DNA of 63,877 nucleotides, filler included, from Reticulomyxa filosa (GCA_000512085.1; 20 parts of 20 records of this genome joined end to end with filler, not necessarily neighbours in it), one strand, 5' to 3'. Positions 10,590-24,824 are shown, numbered from the whole stretch's first letter. Program-made: numbers and translations. The notes: generated by a model not told the origin, from the letters alone.

Positions 10590-13500
10590 CTATTCATTTT
10601 CTGGAAGAGCTTCATCTTCTTCATTGCTCTCATTATCACTGACGTGAATATATAATTGAGGTTCTTCGCTTCCTCGCATTTGATTGTACTCTTGTCGTTT
10701 ATATTCACTATAGGTAGTTGTCCATTTGTCTGTGTTTTCTGGATTTTCGTTTGCGTCCTTTTGGCATTCATCAAACATGATCGAAGGTAAAACTTAAACA
10801 AATTCTTACAAAAAAAAAAAAAGAATTAACTCGAATTCCAATAATGTCAGCTTCAAATAACTCTGGTTCGACAACTCGAATAAATTCATCGTTGTCATCC
10901 TCCTCGTCGGTGTTTTGCTCATTCTGTTGACAAGAAGCAGCCGAAGTATCTGCAGGATTGGATGGAGTGAGATCCACAGACGATTCTGGTTTTGGTTTGC
11001 GTTTGGGTTTGTTTGCAGGATTGGCCTTATTGTTTTTGGGCTTTTTCCTTCTCGTAGGAGTTTCATGTAACTCTTCCCAGCGATGATCCAATGGATGAAG
11101 TTTGGCCAGTTGAATGTGTTCCAAAGCAATGCCAAACTCGCTCCCAAATTGAGCGTGTATTTTCTTTTTAAGAAGTTTAGACTTTGAACAGATTTTTGGA
11201 GACAATCAAGTCATACTTTGTTGGATGATAGCACTGTTTCGAGACATTGCGACGATACAAAAATAGCAACATATGGGTCTTTGTATTATACTCTTCGGCT
11301 TTGTTGAGCAGCTGACAAACGACAGTTTTTCCAGCACAATTGAGGACCTTTTGGTCGTCGGGCAGCACATGCCAACGCACGGGTTTTCTGGCTTTTTCAA
11401 ATGTCAATAAACGAACTTGTTTTGTGTTTGAAAACTTGAACAAATCCACAATATTTTTTTTGAGGCTTTCGATCGAGTCTCCTGAGTTCATATTCGTTTC
11501 CAACAATGTGCGTAAGCGTTCTTGGCAAATACCAACACCGTCAAATTCTGGAAGTTTCGAATTATTTTTATCGTCCAGGGCATCACCGGCATTAATCTTC
11601 AAATCATTGAAAGCAGAGTGTAAAGTCCCATTGGATGCATTATTACAACTATCAGTATTACTATTACTATTATTACTATTATTATTATTAGCGTTGTTAA
11701 GTTTTTTGGAATATGGAAAGAAGATGTTGATGTCATCACTGCAGATTGCTCTCCGCAAAGCATCATCGATGACAAGCTTATTTGTAAGCGGATCGCATTC
11801 CATTTGAATAATGATTTTTTTCTGTCCCTTTTGCAGTCGTCGATGCAAAATGATTTTTGTGGAAGGCTTCTTGTCGTCCTTTGGAAAGTTTAGCTCTTGC
11901 AAAGATTTATCGCGAAATGAAAGATTATATTGATGGACGTCGTTCCAATCTTTGATTGTCCCCAGTGCCCAATTCTTTTTCGCTAAACGAATGTCAAAAT
12001 CACCCGACTGATAGCCGTCCATTTCGAAGCAACACATGAGTTGTTGTTTGAACAGCGCCAAGGTGCAATGTTCTTTGACAATCAGCTCTTTCATCGTGTC
12101 GCCCACAGGCTGATCCCCGTCTTTGTATCGACATTCAAAGATTAAGTCGTCTTCGTCGGGCATTTTGCTGTTTTCCCAACGTAGCTCCAGACGAGTTACC
12201 TTCTTTTCCGATAGCTCCTCTTGCGCGTCTGCACACTTCTCCAACGTTTGCTTCCAATCGCGGATAATGCGGTTTTGACAGCGAAAGCGAAAAGTGCCTT
12301 TCCCATTCGACTCGAGTGCAAATGAGCTTGGAAAGTAGTTTTTCAGTTCATTCCAAACGTCTTCGAGACAGTACTTGTGTTTGTCCAAGTAGAAACAGAA
12401 CGAGGGATGCTTGTCGTCGAGATTGATCTCGCCTTTCACACTTACGTGTACCATCAAACTCGTTTTGCGTTTTTCGTATTCCAATTCTGCCAATGATTTC
12501 TTTCTTTTCATTGTCGTCGTCGTCGTCGTCGTTGTTGTTGTTGTGGATTCACTGCTGTTCTTCAAATCATGATCATCACATTGATCTGCGATTGAATCAT
12601 AGACCAATAACTCGTCTTCATTGACCAGTTTCAAGTGCTTCAACGTCGATCGACTCGAGTCTCCTCCTTTGCCCAAATCACATTCTAACTTTTGAGGCTT
12701 TTGATTGGCCAAGTACTTGTACACATACAAATTCGACTCGGGGATCCCCGTCGAATCGCAGATCCTTTGAACCAGCTCTGACCATGGCGTCGTTTTAAAC
12801 ACGTGCAAATTGGGTAGCGTTTTTGATTTCGAAGAATATTTGATTATCACACTGGGTTTGTCAACCGTCTTTTCTTCATTCATTTCCGACATTGCAGACG
12901 AGTCACGGGTCGAAGACAATGGGTTGGATCCATTTGGACGTCTTTTCTTCAAAACAGGTTCGCTTTCACGACTCGCTTCTTGAGGAATATCCGTTGTATG
13001 TACCATCTCTGAATAACAACGCTTCGATCCATTTTTACCCCCCATTTTTGTATCGTGTGTATTGTCTTTGTCTTTGTCATTAGCATTAGCATTATCAATG
13101 TCATTGTCATCCGATTCTTTTGTTTGTTTTTGCTGAGTGGGAAATCAAATCAACATTATATGCATATATAAATATATATACATATATATAATACTTTGTA
13201 ATCTTTAAGAAACAAATACAGCACTTTTTTTTGTTTTGTGTAATCAAAGCAATGGATAACGCAACTCCTCTTCGACGACGTCGTGGAAAGATTTTTGGAC
13301 TTGGTGGTAATGGTTCCGAGGATTGCTCTTCAAGTAATGTCAACTGCGTTAACTGCAATTGAATGGTATCATTTTCGTCCTCGCTTTCAGGCTCGCCGTC
13401 GTGCTCCAACATATGCTTCACAAAGTCGGGAATTTCCGGAGGCCACTGGCTCGGCAAACTGCCATTTGCACATCGATAAATGAGTATATCTGTTGTATTT

Positions 13501-15716
13501 GTTCGTGACGTCCACAACAGTAAAAGTGATTCTCGATAAAACAAATGAGAGGGGAAAAGAGACACAGCATAGAGCTAAGTTGCATAACATGGACATTCTT
13601 TTTCACCACCCTTGTAACATGCCTCCACACTATCTTTCACACGAACATACAAACCAATTAAAAAACAAAGGGAATGGTTATTCGCTTTTGTAAGTTAACT
13701 GTAACGTAGTGATGGGACTGACACTTGCATCATTGAAATCAAACCAATGAGGCAATTTGGTAATGTCTTCAGCCGGCATTTTCGTTTCAGTGTCAATTTC
13801 AGTATTTTTGTCTTTGTCATTTGACACTTCTTTCTTTTCTTCCGTTTCATGGTCATTCTCAATGTCCAGTATTTTTCCTTTATGTTTTTCATTGTTATCA
13901 TCGTCGATTGCTTTGTGGCTCTGTTGTGAATGGGGTCCTTCGTCTTCGGAAGAGCTGACAAAGCCTGAGTCACATTTTGGAAGTGGCAATGTGATCAACG
14001 GATTTGCGATTTTTCCTTCATTCACAATGCTTTTTTTTTTTTTTTTTTGCCACCCCAAACAAAGTAAAAATAAAGTTTATTTGAACCTATTGTCAATTTT
14101 TTTTTTAAAACACCTAAATTTTTCAGGTGCCTTTTTGATAAAGTCGAGCATGTCTTTCGATGAAGTCCAATGATTTTCTTTTTGTTCTTCCAAATCCTCC
14201 CATAAACGTTGTGCCCTGAAGATCATATAATTATGAAAATCGCAATGATATTCCAGTGTATCGAAATTGGCAAAAAAAAAAAAAAAAAAAAAAGACATAC
14301 TCAATTTGTTGTCCATGATAAATAATGATGTGCTCGAGCAAGGAGACACGCCGTGCAAATGTCTCTTGTTGTCGATTGCTCCTTCGTGTGTGCTGACGAC
14401 GAGAGCGATGAGTGGTGGGCGGATTGAAAGCGAGAGCTGAGGATGAGGATGAGGATGAGGATGAGGAAGAAGAATAAGAGGGAGGATTCCAAAGGCCTTC
14501 TTTCATCCAATCGCAAAGAAAGGCATGATAATGTCCACGATGTGCAGCAGAACCTCGATGAATGACAACTCCGGACAAATGGAATTGGAGTGATGCCTCG
14601 GGATATTCTGCTAAGTCGGACGAGGACACGTAGGGAGCCATATCCATGCAAAAAGGAAAGCGAAATGGCTTTGTGATTTTAATTGATTCCAGACGCCTTG
14701 CGTCGTAATCAGTTCGTCGCAGACATACAATCAGATAGCGCGGTAGTTTCGACACCCTCGTCCTAGTGATAGCACGCACTTTGCGTTGGCAATGTGCACA
14801 TAGATACGCGTTGTCTCCACACATCTCTTCTTCCGTCGAATACATTGACGCCAGCGACGATTCCAAGTTGTCGTGCGCCAGCAGTGGCGCCGATATGTCG
14901 ATGAAATTGTCCACGTGGAGGCTACTGTTGTTGCAATCCAAACACTTCTTTTCCGTCGTCGTGGTGCCGCCGTAGATGTCTTGCAAAAAATTTTTCTTCG
15001 CGTTCGCTTTTTCCAATGAGCTTTCGATTGCTTGTAGCAATTTCAAAAATAACTCACCAATGTCATGTTGAACACGTGTCTTCATTTTATATATGTACAT
15101 GTATACACTTATAAAATATTTATATATAAATATATGTATATGTGATATTTGATACATATTAATCATTCGATAATTGCTGTGATCCCAATGCATTTACACA
15201 TGTATTTTCATATACAATTTTTTTTTGGTTTTTTTTTTGAGTATTACCTCATCACTATTCCATCCGAATGCATTTGTCAATCCTTTCGTTGATACTGTTG
15301 TCGTTGTTTTGTTCTGAAGTAGTCCAAATAGTTTTTGCAATTCTGTTAATACTTTCACTCGTCGTCTTTTTGTTTGTTTTTTTTCATATAATCTTTTTAA
15401 TAAAAAAATTATAATGGATTAACTTTTTGTCAGGACATTTTTGGTTCTCGTCACCTTCCTGGAAAGGCTTGTCTTTTTCATTTTTGTTGTTTTTCGTCAC
15501 ATCCCTCAGTGTTAAATTAAATACTTGTTCCCGAAATTCTGGTGTCATAAACAGTGCTTGAAGTAATGAATTCAAATAACAGGTTGCTCCTCTACGTTCA
15601 TCCAATGCACACACTCAGAACCTCCAGCACATAAGATACGTTTCCCTCTCTCCCCTCTCTCTTCCTTGTTAAACATTAAGTCAAGTCAACTGATTTTGCA
15701 AGCCAACCAGAGTCAT
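10590..15716 (-). CDS. USP40: Ubiquitin-specific protease (peptidase C19), USP40-like; multi-exon
   Basis: Splicing 15690>15592 gives [30 protein letters not shown] (Cys box). Also RVQHD, His box HRGSAAHRGHYHAF and PHWFDFNDASV, then a long C-terminal region (ORF 11177-13045). The motif pattern resembles USP40. Confidence 0.85.
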
Positions 15717-16122
15717 TTTTGGACGGCAAAAATATTGTCTTCAACGATATTTTTTTATCCCTCGCCCCTTGCCACAATCCACACTTACTTTTAATTCTTT
15801 TTCTATACCAATCTCTCGTGTTCTATTCAGAAATTGTGATTTCCAATCTAAAAATTTTACCGTTTGTGGGCGTCTATCATTTGGCAGAGAAGGGATCAAT
15901 CCCAGTTCTTAAAAAATTATATTCCCAAAAAAAAAGTAAAATAGAGGCAAATAAAAAATCACATAATCCAATGTGTCACTATGGCGAAAACAGCGCGGGA
16001 AAAAAAGATGTGGTTCCATGTAGCCGTGAACGGCAAAGAATTTTTTTTCCCTAAAGTTATGACTGTTCCACTTTACAAATTTACGGAAAAGTCAAAAAGA
16101 AAAAAGAAACACTTTTCCAAAT

Positions 16123-18265
16123 TTGTCAAGCATGACAGCAGCTAATCAACTTTCATTCGATGAAAAAATACTGTACATTAGAACGTTAGAGGAAGAGGAA
16201 GCGGTGATAGAAAAGTACTTAACGGAAAAAGAACGTGTTGTAGGGTTCTCATGTTGTTGGAAATCACAGTCCTCAGTTGACATCGAAAAGTCGTCGATCG
16301 TAATGATCCAACTGGCAACCCCGACGAAAGTGTTTTTATTTCACATTGGGATCTACAACCATCCGGATAATATAATCGAAACCAACGGTGACACGAACGA
16401 CGACACAGATCACGAAGTCGACTTTGACTTGACAAAGCCAGACCAAAAAGGTAGGACAGCCCCATGTACTTCATTTACCAAAAAAAGAGGCATTGGGAAC
16501 AACATAAACAAACAAAAAAAAAAAAGAAAAGGAACAACCCGAGAACAATGAAGAAGTGATGGAAGTGGATCGGAACAATTCCCAAACAAACGAAAGTATC
16601 AAAGCGACGGATTCCAAGGCAGTGCTATCCAAATCGCTGCAATACCTTCTAGAAAGCAACGATATACTAAAGGTGGGGGTGAATATTTGTCAAGACTTTA
16701 TGAAGCTGTCAGAAATGTTTGAAATCCAATTCGACAGCAACAGTGTATTGGATTTGCGAGATTGGTTCAATGAGTCTTTTTTCTTTTCGGAAACGAAAGC
16801 AAATGAGATGGACCACAACGAGGCCGAGCCATATCTACCGTACTCGAGTGTGGATACGTTTTACAGCGGACTGTGGACATTAGAGACGTTGGCGGAGTAC
16901 ATTTTCGGACAGCAAATCTGCAACCCCATTACAGTTATGACCAGTGTGGCTATGATGGACAAGTTGAATTGGGAAATGATCCCACTGAATACACACTACC
17001 AAGCCTACGCCGCAAACCGTGCTTTCGTCACTTTAAAGATATTTTATGCCATCCATTGTTTTAATATTTCTTGTAGTGATCAGTTTATTGTCATACAAAT
17101 ATAAAGATATATCCATATATGTGCATATATAAATATATACACATATATAGATATATCTTTATATGTGTGTATATATTGCAATAGGTGGCATGAAAATAGT
17201 TGGAGTGGGGATGCAAACGACCTAGCTTATTTTGAAATGTTGAGTACATTGAGGATCTTTGAATTGGAGAGCTACAAAAAGAATCACGATGTGATGAAAA
17301 AGTACTGGGGCTGGCAATGGAAAAACCTGATAGCCCCCACTCATCTTTCATCCACGACTACTGAACGCGGCTTGACCGACTTCGATGCTCTGCAGGCGCT
17401 GGAACTCACTCCATCTTTGTTTTGGAGCGCGTTCATGTGGTGGAAGCATCACGCTGAGATTGGAAACGACTCGTGGTATGTGGTACACGACACCGGCGAT
17501 CTGCCAAAGTTGAAGGAGTTTGAAAAAGAGATTGCGACGTGCTTCAACGTGCTGAAGATGGACTTTTTAACCATTCGCGAATTCCGCGGCTTCAAAATGA
17601 GTACCATTGAACTATGCATCAGCGAACTCATTGACAAAGGCTACGAATACAACTGGAAGTGCATTGGCGATTGCATTGTTGATGTCATGATCTTTCGACA
17701 AAGACAAGACCGACTATTGGACAACTTTTCCATCGACGCTTTGTCGGTGTCCGCTGTTGCTTTTGTGGATAGATATGCCTACAATGTTCGCAAGTTACAT
17801 CGGTTTTCCAAACAATGGATTCAATTCCAATGCCATGTCGTGTCCGCCTTAGAGGTCCAATTGCAACACATTTTCGACTCACTTCAAGTCAAGGATCAGT
17901 TTCAATCCAGCAAAAAACTGTCCTCTTTGTTGGAGCATTACGAGGCAAATGACAACGATCTTCGACTCAATCCCAACAAACCCTCCGATCCTCAAAAGTA
18001 TCGGGAACTCTTAATGGGCGCTTTCAAAACAGACTTTGATCGCGTGTGGAATGCTGTAAGCATCGCAAAAATTAAGTCACATGTCGAAGACATTGCCAAC
18101 AAAGAAGTCGATCACTCCTACCTGAAATATTGGCTCAAATACTCGATTCTCAAGATTATCGTCAATCATGTCAAACGGGTCATTTGGATGCATCATTTGC
18201 ACCCGATGTACAGTAGTTTGCAAAAAAAATGTACACATAAAATATTACTTTATGAAGATGATTGA
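16123..18265 (+). CDS. WRN/EXD2-like 3'-5' exonuclease-fold protein, catalytic residues substituted; multi-exon
   Basis: VVGFSCCW (normally GFDxEW), MIQLATPTKVFLFHI, ILKVGVNICQDFMKL, NWEMIPL..YQAYAANRA (normally YAAxDA), followed by a helical C-terminal region. Confidence 0.7.
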
Positions 18266-18485
18266 TTCTTTACACGAAAGACAAATAATTGATCATATTT
18301 TTTAAAAAATATCTACAATGTTTTTAAATATGATACATAAAGTAGACTCAAATATACGGATTTGAGTTCTGGGAAAGATATTGTGTCAATTTTTTTTTGT
18401 AACATATGTCAGTCAAGTTTTCAAAGACTTTTCTGTCTCTTTTGCGCTGCAGTTATTAAAAATAAATTGATTAAACATCTAAATT

Positions 18486-18585
18486 NNNNNNNNNNNNNNN
18501 NNNNNNNNNNNNNNNNNNNNNNNNNNNNNTTAATTAATTAANNNNNNNNNNNNNNNNNNNNNNNNNNNNNNNNNNNNNNNNNNNN
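18486..18585. other. Artificial contig linker N44-TTAATTAATTAA-N44 (first of 19)
   Basis: Identical 100-bp linkers with stops in all six frames start at 18486, 25211, 26317, 27432, 29083, 32416, 34458, 36774, 38507, 41767, 43537, 49875, 52406, 53932, 55283, 58036, 59781, 61158 and 62419. Confidence 0.98.
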
Positions 18586-20300
18586 AAATTTAATGCATCT
18601 TTTATTTCTGGCTGCAACATTGTTATGTTTATTGGAAAATGTGGATCTATTCTTGGTTTCTTCGAAAATATCATTGGAATGTTTTAAATAATCTTTCCAC
18701 AATTGGGAATACGATTTATCTCTCCATAATTTGATTCGATCTAATATGGTTTTGGTTGTATTGTTGATATGCGCGCGTCCCCCTCTACTTGGAGCCCATA
18801 AAATTGAACGTATCATAACCATCCATTTAGCCCATGATTCTTTGTTATTTCTGTTGGCTATGTCCATTAAAGATATACTGGCAATTGAAGCAAAATGGCT
18901 TCTGGCTGCTTTGGGTATTCTTGGTATGATTTTTGCCGGGTAGAGGGCTATTTCTTCCGGTTTTGGAAAAATCCATTGGTCTGAATTATCCAATTCTGCT
19001 GGGATATTAAAATCTATTTCGATATCTGGCCGCGGAATTTGCGGTTGATGTACTCTATTGGAGCATTTGGGGTGCATTCCGTGAACTGCACTGCTTGCTG
19101 GTAAGGATAAACGACAATGCAAGCAGGAGACTCTTTTGTAAATGTGGAAATAATGCGATAAAACCACGGTATTTGGGTTCCTCTCGATATGCTTGTTTGT
19201 ATGTATATGCTGTCTGCAGCAATCGTGGTATGCCGCGTGGTACAAATTGGGGACGGAGGCAAGCGCGAATTTGAGAGCATCAGCGAGGACGATTGCAAAA
19301 AACGTTTCGCCCAGCGGGTCTCCTTGATGAACCCCAGACCTGGAAAGAATGGTGCGTCCAGTTGGAAGAAAGATGGGTACGTGTTTCGCGTAACACCCCC
19401 TGGCGTATTCGTATAATTCTGGGACGCCTCGTCGCACTAGATCCAGCAGCTTTCTTCGTTTGCAGGCATTGAATGCGTTTTGAAAATCGATTTTTACCTC
19501 CACACCTTGTTTTCTCTTTTGTATGTGTTTGACCACAGCTTTGAAGCCGTGAAAAAAGGTCTCGATGCCACGCTTGACATTCACGCCCAGTTGATTGGGT
19601 CCCAGCACAGCGGTTATTGCCTTGGAATGTCTTTGAAGGAGGATCGCTCCGGCTGACCTCCGAAACAACGACCCAACTGCAATTGGTCTTGGGTTGTTTC
19701 GGGTTTGGGTATCGCAATCAATCTAGCCCCATAGGCAATTGCCTGAACAGACTTTCCCTTTGACTATCATTTGTGCCATTTTGGCCCAGTTCCCCAAGGT
19801 ATTCGACTCCGATTGATAAGGTAGCAAATCGATTAAATGCTGGGCTGTAAATAGGTCGATTCTCCCAGAAGAGGTCCTATTCAATTTGTTAATGTATTGT
19901 GTTAATTCTTCCTCGGTGATTGGTTGATGTGGTGGAAGTGGTGGAAGGTCTGGGATTCGATTGTTTGCAAATGCTGTGACGATATCATTTTCGCATTGTC
20001 ATCTTGTGTGTTGTTGGATAGATTTTGGGTTTGAATTTCTTGGTTGTCATCGGGTTCATTGGTTGCTGCCAGTTGGCTATCGGGTTCGTGGTGTTTTGGT
20101 AGCACGAGTACGTTCGCGTTTTCGCATATTGAATGGATTTGGTTGGGATGAATAACGGCAGGAATGAGAATCGTGATTTCTGTGCTCACAATGTGTTCCG
20201 GTGGTTGCACTGGTTGGTTTGGTGATTGGATCAATGGTGGCTCGGGTGGTGTAATCTCGATTACGTGGCTTTGTTGGTTCCAAGTATCGGGTGTAGTTAG
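18586..20300 (-). mobile_element. CRE/SLACS-like (RLE-class) non-LTR retrotransposon, rearranged or degenerate
   Basis: RPIAVG..FRR, NQLGV..GIE, KIDFQNAFN, SRSGVHQGDPLG, AAYHD (RT motifs in CRE-clade style). Also a Cys/His finger region and RIPKAAR...LWAPSRGGR...RIKLW. Confidence 0.8.
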
Positions 20301-21904
20301 ATAATGTCCATTTTGGACTTAAGGTCCTTTCTTATGCGCAACAAATTCCCTATGTCCGGTTCACGTATACGCTTGGTACAATCGTTGGTTGTTTAATCGA
20401 AAAAATCCTCCGATGAAACCCCTTTACACAGTGTTATGTTCGCTGCCTCACTAGACAACGCTGTCACTACAGTTGTCTTTGGGCCGCCTTGTTTAGCTTG
20501 AGGCCGGCACATGGTCTGTGTTTTGTGTTGGTGTTTTGTTGGTGTTTTTCCAAGGCATTTTTGACCGCATTGACAATGCATTGTTGTTGGCCAAGTGTTT
20601 TTGATTCGTTTTGTTCGGCCGTCTTCGGCATTCTGAATTCGCTTGACACATACTGCATTCATCTTTTTTTATATAAAAACTTTTGTTAAGAAAAAGTTTT
20701 CGTCAGCAACCACTTGCGATTCTTCTTCAATGCACTGGATCACCATACTACTCTTAGCTCTGTCTTGTAATACTGTGACCATGTTGAAAAATGTCCAATT
20801 AATTGAAAAGCATTTTTTCTGATCTTAGTTCCGGTTGTCTGCCAAATTCTCAGGTGACAAATATTCTCGTTCTAATGTAAGTAGATTGTGCAGCAAATCG
20901 AAAAGGAGAAATCCAGCGTGCAAGAAGCGCAAAAGGAAAAAAAATCTCAAAAAAGCAAATATTACATCCGTCGGTATGTTATATATTCAATAATTTATAT
21001 TTGTATAAATAAATGAATAATTAAATAGATATTTATTTATTTTATTTATATTCAATGCAATGTCCTGCTTCTCAGACTTGACGAGGAACTCCCAAAGCGC
21101 AATGCTTTTGAAAATACAAAACAGGGCGAATATCAATATCAATATACGTGTGCACTCATAAAAGGAAACATCCATCGTTGCGATATGACATGGACTTAAA
21201 ATTTGAACGAGTTTTATATCACTGTGCATGTGTGTATCAAATCCTTCTACACGTGAATTTGATCGGCAGCGATCTGATTTGCTCTTTGATGATATTCAAG
21301 AACAAGCGATCATTAGGCGAATGCAGATGGTTTTGGCTTAAAGCGCAGCTCACCAATCTCTTTGGCTATGACAAAGTGAACAATGAAACACGCTGTCAAT
21401 GGACCGAATAGTGTCTGTCACGGATGATAGAAGGCGCCAAAGATCTAATTGCGTCATCGCTGGTGGTTGCAAGAGTCAACCGATCCATGACATGCTTTGG
21501 TCTGCATATTCGAAATCAAGAATGTTATCGATTTCGAAAATCCATTGACTTGTGAGACTGGCTGTGCTGTTTCTCAAGACGGTAATGTTTTTATTGATAA
21601 TTCACAATGAATGATTTCATAATTAAATAAACAATATATAAATAATAATCATCATCATCATTATAGTCTTGTAACCGCTTGCAATATTACGCACGAAAGA
21701 ATTGCTGTCTATATGAATTTAGCGCCAAAGATAGAACGTGACGATATGTACTCGGAGGGAACAAAATTGGTGAAACAAAGGATTGCTGAAACGCGAAAAA
21801 TCCAGAATGTCCCAATCGCGAATTGAATGAGAAAATCAGTCTATTGATCACTCGCAAACTTTTGAAACAGTCTGTCATGATCTCTGTGTATGGTGTAACT
21901 GGAT

Positions 21905-22405
21905 ATGGAGTTAAACTATTTTTCCCTAACTCACAGAATATTATTTAAAAGGCTGTTCCATTTATTTGGCCAAACATACCAGGATAGATCATACTCCTGT
22001 CTGGCTCTCCATGCTCTGGACAAAAGATTGCGCAAAAAAGATCACCAAGCATGGCTATCGTATATGTTGAATGACTCCACTCAACTTGCTTTGCACATAG
22101 CCTTATGCCGATACCACGCTCCAAACCCCGACCTCGTTGCAATGCGTCACTATTCGCAATCACAAAGGTGTATCCAACTTTTTAAAACAACCATCTGCTT
22201 TCCCTCCCAATTTTGTTCACGCTTTGAACATCATGCATTGCTTGCTCATCGCCAGGGCCATGCACAGACGCAGCATGGAGCTTGCTTCTATACACAACTC
22301 GGTTTGGCTTATGCTTGTAATATCGACAACTTGATAGAATTATTGAGGGACGAGTTCATTCGTTTGCACTCACGATCGCTCTTACAACATTTGTATCAAC
22401 CCTGA
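21905..22405 (+). CDS. Hypothetical protein, probably the last part of a multi-exon or decayed gene starting near 21050
   Basis: 166-aa ORF with coding-like GC content against an AT-rich background; no motif recognised. Confidence 0.35.
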   Translation: MELNYFSLTHRILFKRLFHLFGQTYQDRSYSCLALHALDKRLRKKDHQAWLSYMLNDSTQLALHIALCRYHAPNPDLVAMRHYSQSQRCIQLFKTTICFPSQFCSRFEHHALLAHRQGHAQTQHGACFYTQLGLAYACNIDNLIELLRDEFIRLHSRSLLQHLYQP

Positions 22406-23789
22406 ATTTGATTTTTCTCACTCCATCACAACAGTCGTTTTTTGATTTGGAGTCAGTGCGAAAATTGAAATACTTTTTTACCACTTTTTTCATTATTATT
22501 AATTGTTGATATAATTTTTTATTATTGTTATTGCAATCATTATTTTACCTCTTTGTTGCTGTTGTTCTTATTCTGATGAACATATTTTAGTTAGCTTTTT
22601 TATTTCTGATGAATAAAAAAAACGATGAATATTCTTTTGAGGTTATTTGTTTTAGCCAAATCGTTATAATTTTGGGATTTTTATTTGTCTCTACTGTTTT
22701 GTGATGGGAAGATATAAAGAGATCAAGATTTTTTTATAGCTAAAAAAAATTTTTCACAAATGAATTCAACAAATTTTATATTTGCGCATGAGGTAAAAAA
22801 AAAATCATTAAATTATACGTATTAAAAAAATTGAAATTTTTAGCTGTTTCACTTGATAGGGATCTATATTTGAACTTTTTCTTTCAAATTTATCAATGAT
22901 TGATATCAATAATTTTTCTAAAAAAATTTTAAAGACATGGCCATAAGTGAAAAAATCGTTGATCATAAATTACTCCACAATTTTTAATTTGTATTTTTTT
23001 AGAGGAAATAATAATTCATTTGTACATTTCATACCTAAATATGAATTGTTTGTCTAAGAACATTACAACAGTTTGATGCAATATTGACATAAAACGCACA
23101 ATTAGGAGTTTTCGCCTTTGTATTGCATTTCCTAATTATAAATGATGGGAATATGAAAAAAACCTATCAAGGATTTTTTTGTTGATAATATTTTGGTGTT
23201 TCAAGTATTTTTTCTTGACTCCAAAATCCACATGACAACAACATAAAATTATCTTTGTGTGTTAATATTACTGACTTGCAATTACAATTTTTTTTCTTAA
23301 AAGTGAAACAAAATTTAATCAGAAATTGATTCTTGACCAGATTTAGATAATATTCTGAAATTCAACATCACTGAGAGACTCAAATTCTGCAAAAATAGTG
23401 ACTACTTTCTTGATAAAGCATATGCCACATTGCGATAAAAAAAAAACAAATAAAATTTACGATTATATGTAATAATGATATCTATATTAGCAAAAGCCGT
23501 AATAATGACATAGATAGAAAGCACTTCAACTCTGGCAGATCAAACAATTATTTTATTTTATTTTTTCTTCCAACAGGAAGTTTTTTTTACTAGTTAATTT
23601 CTTGTCATGTAATTTTATTATAACTAAATGTTTCAATTCGTCCTTTTCGTTCTACGCCATTTTATTGTCCAACTGTGACATGACCATTTCTTTTGTTAAA
23701 AACGAGAATACGTTTAAAACAATTAATAAAAATTTTTCTTTTCTAATGTTATCTGTTATTTGTTTGTTCCAATTTTAAAACAAATTAAG

Positions 23790-24160
23790 TAAAATAAGCA
23801 TCGTGAAACCATGACTGGCAAAAAAGCACGCTTAATAAAGTGGAGTCAAATATGCCAATATTGTTCGGATAGTGCGTAATAAACAATAAATGATTATTCC
23901 TTCCTCGCACTCCAGCATAATTATCTGCACTATCTCCAATCTGAATCTATTGCCATTGCTCGTCAAGGGCATCCATTTGTTACAGTATTTCATGTTTTTC
24001 TTTTTAATCGCATTTTCGTTTTTTTTGTTTTCATCTCCCCAAACACTCATATATTTCATTCTCAACGTATGCTTACAATTCCCTCCAAAAGATAACAATG
24101 TAACATAATTTGAATCATCGTTCTCCACATACTTTACTACACAGTATCCATATAACCTAA
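23790..24160 (-). pseudogene. Kelch/beta-propeller family fragment (lineage-expanded type), frameshifted
   Basis: VTLLSFGGNCKHTLRMKYMSVW...NKWMPLTS motif; the frame breaks downstream. Confidence 0.6.
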
Positions 24161-24824
24161 CGTAATCCGGATATGAATAAATAGTTGTTCAAAAAATCCA
24201 ATATTAGCGTAATGAAAGGATTTTGTTTGAATTACGAAAAATAAACTTATCATATTTAAAAAAATTTCTTTCAAACCCCTTTGCTTAAAATAACTTATTA
24301 GTTGCGATATTTAATCTTTGATTCATCAGTCATTGTTTATATTTACTACTAGATAAAAAAGTTGTGAATGGAAAAGAAGGGGTTTTTTATTGGAAATTTC
24401 AAACTATTTTCTAAAACGACATGTCTTAATGATGGAATAAAGAAACATATAATAACGTTACCAGAATTAATGATTGAGGCGTTGGATTTCAAGAAACATT
24501 GGAATAAAAACTGGAGAAAGTCTGCAATTGAAGCAGTGCATTTCTCCTATTCCATGGAATACTAAGATGCATCATGACATTCTACTACAATTGCAAAGTG
24601 TTGAAGAAAAAGCAGAGTACTATCACAATCTTTCGAGTTACCACCAAAACGTTCGTTTGGCAACCCCCTGTCAACATCAATTTTGGAAGGATCACTCTGA
24701 AAATTCCACTACCAAAGTCTTTTCTTGTATGTGTATGTGTGTGTATACGTATATTCGTGTATGCCCCCTCCCTTAAAACTAGTATAGACTTTTTTTTTTA
24801 ATGAAAAAAAAGGTGTATGAAGGT

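Noticed and set aside
11340-14975. Overlapping antisense ORFs within the USP gene (similar ones within the vWA, WD40 and low-complexity genes)
   Set aside because: Shadow frames of real coding sequence with no motifs.
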